DNA of 64,000 bases, from assembly GCF_009914755.1 (NCBI RefSeq), contig NC_060942.1, one strand, 5' to 3'. A program made the position numbers and the translations under genes. The notes under the pieces are model-generated. The model had not been told where the DNA came from and ran no database searches. It worked only from the letters and a program-made list of their open reading frames with translations. This DNA comes from the human T2T-CHM13v2.0 reference genome, Homo sapiens. This document shows, piece after piece, positions 56,433 through 64,000 of this stretch. Each line of letters opens with the position of its first letter. Position 1 is the first letter of the stretch.

Positions 56433-58483
56433 GTAAGTAGGAGAATGTAAAAAAAATTGGGAGCTGTTGAGCTCTCAGTTCCTTTGATTAATTTTGCTTT
56501 TATTTTTGACCTTTGAGGTATGTGTGATATGGCTATTACACTTCATAAGACTCAGTGGTTAAGTTTTAAAAAACTTGGTATGCCTTTTTTTTTTTTTTTT
56601 TTTTAAAGTAACATTTTGTTTATCCAAGAAGAAAGAAAGACTCACTTTTAGGTCAAGACTGCATCCTGGAGAAGAATCATTTAAGTCTACCAGATTTTTT
56701 GTGACGTAAACCACTGCAGGTTCTTTTTTAGAATGAGATGTGTATACATAATTTAAAAATACATATAAATTGCTTTTTGGCCACTATGTACCGGCAGTTT
56801 GGGGATAAATTCACTTACATGGACAGTTTATTCCAGGTTTAGTTATTCCTAGGTATTTTGCTCACTTTTGTTTTTAGTCAAATCCATCTGATTGTATTCT
56901 TTAGTAAATAATTATTATGTTGCTTACTCATTAGTGTAAGTCTAATACAATTTGGGGGACTGAGGGATGTATTTGTTTATTCAAAAACAAACAAAAAATA
57001 GTCTGTGAATGTACCGAGTGGGTTGTAGTCACTTACCTTGTCCATTTCCCTGTCTGGATTGCAAATTTGAATCTTTTCCTATGGTGAGAGAGACTTGAAA
57101 GATAAATTTTTCTGTGTGTGTATGTGACTTAATACATACAATAATATGGATAAATAGAATGGTGTGGCACAATTTGGTTACAATCTGACATGACTACTGC
57201 CTTAATCTAGTGGCCATTTGCTCTATTGAAAAGTAAACATGCAGATTAAATATGTGGGCTCAGTTATTGTGTTCCTCTTTCAGGATAAGCAGAAATGAAA
57301 AGGTCTCTGGTAATTAGGTGTTGACCAAATTATATTTTGAATTTTTAAAATGCCTCTTTTAAGTGATTTTTGAGGTATTTGCCAAAAGCAAAAAATTGTG
57401 AACACATGTATTCTCTGTGGAAAGTGAGTGTTAGATGGCCTGTGTATGCTTCCCATTTGGAGGTTTTCTTTTTTGCTTAGGCGGAGGGAAGCTAATAGCT
57501 TGCCCAGCTCTTACTGTTGAAACCAAGAAAACAAAACAGCATGTTGTCTGGATTGACTTTTTAAAAAAAAATTTGGATATTTTCTCACTGAGAGTTTTAT
57601 GTCATTTTTTACAGTAATTCGGTCAGCGTAAATCTATCTTCTATCTGGGCTTCTACTGTGCTCTGGATAGCACACACTTTGAGATGTGTGAAAAGGATTG
57701 GAACCCCAGGTATTTGATACTGCTGATTAAGAGTAGCTCTCACTGGTTTAGAAACCAAACCAGAAGTTGATGGGAATGATACGGCAATGACAGTTGAACC
57801 TCGCCATTTACACATCTTGGGTGAAAAGAGCAGTTATGCCTACCTATTGGTCTAGCCCATAGTTATCCAAGAAAGTAGTTTTGGGTCTGTTTTAGCGCTT
57901 GAACAAATACTGAATGGAGTTCCCAGAATCCCCTGCGGTGGAACTCGAGCAGGAGTAGTTTGAGCCTGGAACCTTTTCAGAGCAGGTATTACTAGTAACC
58001 TAAAAGCTGTTAAGTAACTTCAAAGTACTTTAGAGAATATCTGAGTCTGAACCTTGATTAGCTAGCTGCAGAATGTATTTTCACTAATTGGATTATCTGG
58101 ACTTGTATATTAAATTGTAGGAAATATCTGCTAAAGATAATTTTTAAGATTTATTTTGAAAACTTAGAAGCACCTAGAAGAGTAGGTAGGAGGAGTACAG
58201 TGAACCTCTGTGAACTTATGAGCAGCTTTAACAATGACTAGTTTGTGGTTAAGCTTATTATATATAAATCCTGTTAATTCTCATCTTAGGTATTGTTTAA
58301 GGCAAATCCCAGACTTGGTATAATTTAATCTGTAACTGTTTCAATGTGTATTTTTCAAAGTACTTTAAAAAAAGAGATAAAAGAGTTTTAATGACAATAC
58401 TGTTACTATGCCTTTAAAAATTTAGTATATCCTTAATATCAAGCTGTCCAGACAGCATTAAAACTTGTCACAAATGTCATTAA

Positions 58484-58822
<339 letters not shown>

Positions 58823-59046
58823 AAGTCCAAATACTTCTATTGGATGATACGTTTCTTAAATCTCTTAGTTTGTTACGTTTCCTCTCTTTTTTTTTTTTTT
58901 TTGCAAATTATTGAATGTTTTTATTATTAAACTAGGTTTGCCTATAGACTTTCCCACAGAATTGATTTTGCTGATTCCATCCTTGTGGTGCTATTTAACC
59001 TTTTTTCCCTGTCCCTGGTATTTCCTGTGATCGAAAGTTTGAAATG

Positions 59047-59265
59047 AGTGGTTCTTATCCAGGGGCAATCGATTTGCTCCTCTGGGGACCGTGCTTGGAA
59101 ACATTTTTGGTTTTCACAACTGAGAGGTAGGTAAGGGTGCTACAGTTAACCTGTTTAGTGGGCAGAGGCCAGGGATGCCTTTCAACTTCCTGTGATGCAC
59201 AAAACAGCCTCCACAACAAAGAATAATCTGGCTTAAAATGTCAGTAAAGTTGAGATTGAGACAGT
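59047..59265. mobile_element. MER20-like hAT element
   Basis: agtggttctt..ggggc..gattt..acatttttggttttcacaact..agaggccagggatgc..tgcaca..acaacaaagaataatctggc..aaatgtcagta. Confidence 0.75.
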
Positions 59266-61891
59266 ATGACCTAGGTCTGTTAGTACATTTAAGATTGTCT
59301 GATGGTCATACTCTGTCATTCCTACTTCATACACTACTTACAATACTTGTGTAAGGAGAAACTTGTGCTTATGTAATATTTGGTTATTCAGTGGTAGAGT
59401 TTAAAAAGGCAGAACAAATGCCAAAGTTTCTCTTTAGAGGTTTTAAAAAATGAGTTGGTTTATAAGCATCCCACCTCGTGATGTACAGTTGATCTTCCAC
59501 CTTCCATCCTTTCTTTCTTCCCTGCTTGCTTCTATATTGATAAAACTCATGAATTTAAACATATTTGAGTTTTAACTCTTGGTAGTTTATTATTATTGTT
59601 GATGCTCAAATTGCCTGGTAAGGAGACTTTTTAAATTGGTTCTTGAGTTTGTTTGACCCTCATAGTCTTTGGTAATTTTCTTGTCTAATGTGGCAAGATT
59701 TTTCCAGGTCCAGACCTGGAAAGAAGCTCAGGGCCATTTCAGTGGGAGATGGTATTTCACAACTATAATCGACCGGGTACCTGTGACAAAATTGATTTTT
59801 AATTTTATCAAACTTTCTGTTCATTTTTTTGACCAAGGTAAGAGTGGAGGCCCATTTTTCACTTGAAGGTGCTTCTTCAAATGGTAAAATTTTAATGATA
59901 AAACTGTGTCAGCAGCATATAGGATGATGTGGATCCTTTTATTTCTTGGGGTAATGATTGCATTTTATGGTTGGATTATGTTGGGTAATTCAAAATGTGC
60001 AAAATCCAATACTGATCCTGAGAAGAATGGGCGGGTACTTCTATGAACCAGCTGAAGTGGTGTTTCAATTACAGCAATACATAAATACAGCTTATGACTT
60101 TGATGGCTCACTGGCCTCGTCATTATGATTTTTGATGGATGTTTTTGAGTGTTTATAATTTACATTTCAAGTTTTACACATAGAATGAGACTTAAAGATT
60201 GTAATATATCACCATTTCAAATTTATGTAATTCAAACTTGCAAAAATTGTGTCTATACTATTTAGGCTGGAAGTGGCCTTAATTGATTAATGTGTATGTT
60301 AAAGAGAGGCTAAAACACAATTGTGTTTTTATAAGGCAGTATTTCCCAGTGTATTAGGTTGGAAGTGTTCTGTAGACAGGTGAGCTTGGAAAAATACTGT
60401 AAATGTCTCCAAGAGGAATCACATTGCGTATTTGCCTATTAAAGGCTCTGAGAAAACGTAACGGTAAAGAAATATATTTAACCCAGTATTTTTTTTTTAA
60501 TTTAAAATAACCTAATTAACTTAGGAAATATCTGATGTTCTGAAAAAATATACTTTGGGAAATACTATTCCTGCCTAAACTCACTGTTGTAGTATTAACT
60601 ACCCTGCAGATTGTACAAGAAATGTTACTTACTGAGAAATGTGTTTAAACTCAGTGCAACCTGGCACAGACCCAACTCCATCTGGGTTGTTAGTTGATTA
60701 TGTGACTTTCAAGTTAATCAGTTTAATGTTGCATCTCATCTTTTACAGAAAATATGAAATCTTAAGGTACCAAATCTGAAGTCTTATGATAGTACAAAAT
60801 ATATAAGAAGTTTTTGTTTCTAACAATTAAGGATAAAACCTTTTATGTCTATCTAAAGATAAACAAAACACCTCTTAATATTTTATTCATGTGGTAATAA
60901 GACCCTATTGATAATTGTATCCTGCTGTTTCTAGGTCAATATTCTCTATAGACGAAGTTGATAAAACTGGTTAAAAAAAAAGTATCTTTGACATGTTGGT
61001 TTCTTTCTAGTATCTGTAGATAAAATTAGTAGTTAATATTCCTTTTCTTTGTTTAGCATGAAATTTGGCTCTTTGGAAATTAGGGCATTATTGGATAGTG
61101 TGATGCATAGATACAGTTTGTTAATTTACTTCAGATGAATTGATAAAATGCTGTATGATGCTGAATCCTGACTTACACAGTTGCTGAAATGACACTCCCT
61201 TATTCAAAGAAAATACATTTCTAAATGTGCAAGGTTAACAAAAATGGTTTGAAAACTGTTGGTGATGTATTTTTTAAAAGTATAGAGTAGAAAATATACT
61301 TTTTATCTTATAGTTATGATTGTGATATAGAGAATTCTTTGAGATCTTTTGACCCTTTATTTTAGTTTATTAGTATGTTGTAAAAAGTATGTTAACTTAA
61401 GCAAAATCAGTTCAGCTTTTAACTGCGTTGCTGGTAACAACTTAGTATTTAACGTAGAACTCTGTGGATGGCATTTGTATTTTTTTATTCAGCTTTATTT
61501 AGTGTTTAGAGCAGTGGACAAGTTCATAGGGGTTCCTTACACCTTTATTTTTTGTTTTAATATATGCATACATTATTAAATGATCACCACAGTCAAGCTA
61601 ATTAACCTATCAATCACCTCAGATAAGCACCATTTTTATGGGTCACTTTATTTTAAAGAGTCGATCAAAATTTCATTTTTGGTAGTCAACTTAGAAAAAT
61701 TTGGTTAGTGTTCAAAGCAGATTCTGCAATAGCTATCATAATTGTTGATGCACTCTCCTCAAATATTGTAGAGATAACAAGTCTTGAACTTTATGATTTT
61801 TTTTTAGTGTGTTTTAACCCCACTCCCTCACTTCCCCAGCCCCCCCTTCCTGTATCTCTTTGCAGAAAGAAGTACGCTGGTATTTAAGTAC

Positions 61892-62305
61892 TGTATTAGT
61901 CTGTTCTCACATTGCTATAAAGAAATACCTGAGACTGGGTAATTTATAAAGAAAAGAGGTTTAATTGGCTTACAGTTCTGCAGGCTGTACAGGAAGCAGG
62001 GCGGCTTCTGCTTCTGAGGAGGCCTCAGGAAACTTCTAGTCATGGTGGAGGGCAAAGGGGGAGCAGATGCCTCACGTGGTGGGAACAGGAGCAAGAGAGA
62101 GCGAAGGGGCAGTGCTACACTCTTTTTAACAGCTAGATCTCATGAGAACTCTTATCATGGGAACAGTGTCATGGGGATGGTGCTAAACCATTCATGAAGG
62201 ACCCACCCTCATGATCCAGTCGCTTCCCACCAGGTTCCACCTCCAACACTGGAGATTACAATTTGACATGGGATTTGCCGGGGGACACAGATCCAAACCA
62301 TATCA
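61892..62305 (-). mobile_element. MaLR solo LTR (MSTA/MSTB-like)
   Basis: tgtattagtctgttctcacattgctataaagaaatacctgagactggg..atccaaaccatatca; 5-bp TSD agta(c/t). Confidence 0.9.
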
Positions 62306-63206
62306 AGTATGTTGTATGCGTATACCCCACTTGTGTGAGGATTTTGATCTTTTTATGGATGCTGTTAATTCTTGGGTGTTTACATGTTTGGAACACATGA
62401 AAAAAGAGTATGATGTTATTTTGTTGATTTCTTTAGACTTTTTAGGACCTTGATACTGGATATATAAGTAAGGAAATGATTGAAGGTTTGTGGTCATCTT
62501 ATAGGGTGAAAAATGGAGCCAGCTTTAGAAGCACAGTGGCTTGAGTCCATGTTTTTATTTTTATAGTTTAAAAAATCATTTATTTGTGACAAAACAATTC
62601 TCATTTATTTGAACCATCACTAAAGTATGGGCTACTTTTTGGGAAATAGCTTTCTGATTTGGATCATAGATAAAGTGCCCCAGGAAACTTAGGAACCCTT
62701 TCATTTTAGAACAAAAAGACTCAATATTTTTTCCTGGATAACAAGCATAAGCAAATACCATCCTTAAGCACACTAAGATGTGTCATTACCCTAGTCCTCG
62801 GGATCAGCAGGTGTGTGCCAATACATTTCATTTTGTTAATGGCCCCTAGTGTCTTCAGTTGAGTTGTTGTCAGTGCTAGTACTGAAAGCCATTGAGCCTG
62901 TTCCCTGTATTGTTGACAGCTGGAGGCACATGATACGAAAGCGCTGTTGTACAAAATAGGGTTCTTTGAATTATTAGCTCTGTTTGGATTGTCAGCTCTG
63001 TATATACGTAATGTCCAATTAGTGGTAGTGGTTATTTTTTAAGGATCAAATGTGGTTTTATTATTTTTGAAGTTTTATGACCTATTCAGTTCTTTGTGTT
63101 CACTTCTAAAAAATTTTTGAGGCCTTAACTCTGACATTTTCTAAATTTCTTAAATGTATTGCATTTCATTTATGTCCTCCATCTGACATTTGAAGGTGAC
63201 ATATTT

Positions 63207-63632
<426 letters not shown>

Positions 63633-64000
63633 CATAAAATGGTTGAATATACATTATTTTCTGTTGAGACAGAACAAATGGGGTATCAGTAAGTATAATT
63701 AGGGAATCCCTTTCCCACCTGTTTGTATAATACAGTATTTTATCTATTAAAGGAATTTGAAAAGAAAGGAAGAGAACTATGGACTTAATGGTTATATGAG
63801 TCTTTAAGTGTTTATTGGCCTGGGATGTGTGTGAGAGAGTGAGTGTATTGGGGGATAGGCTTTAAGTACAAGAGAGGTTTATGAAATTGTTCAGATTGAG
63901 TGTTATCAAAGATAAGAAGACATACAAGTGCTTGTTTTTCAGATTATTGACAATTATTAATTAGTAAACATTAAAAGCCACAAAGAATTAGATGGTATTC

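Overview
Human (or near-identical great-ape) euchromatic DNA from the TXNDC2-VAPA interval (chr18p11.22 by recognition of both genes). It holds the complete TXNDC2/Sptrx-1 gene on + (alternative first exons at about 5.5-5.75 kb; one large exon encoding about 24 x 15-aa repeats plus a WCGPC thioredoxin domain). About 25 kb of repeat-rich intergenic DNA follows: many Alus with visible TSDs, L1/L2/MIR, MaLR and ERVL remnants, and a solo LTR12 split by an Alu. Next come the VAPA CpG-island promoter and coding exons 1-4 (MSP domain; the gene continues past the window), with a tailless 5S rRNA retropseudogene in intron 1. Almost all other ORFs in the track are Alu, L1 or GC-rich artefacts. I see no evidence of a wholly new biological system. 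The most unusual signals are local: a near-perfect 53-63 bp copy of an intron-4 L1 relic placed in the exon-3 acceptor region of VAPA, a diverged 156-bp duplication downstream of TXNDC2, an inverted ERVL RNase H fragment inside an L1, higher-order periodicity in the TXNDC2 repeat, and candidate poison exons in VAPA. Repeat boundaries and subfamily names are by eye and approximate.
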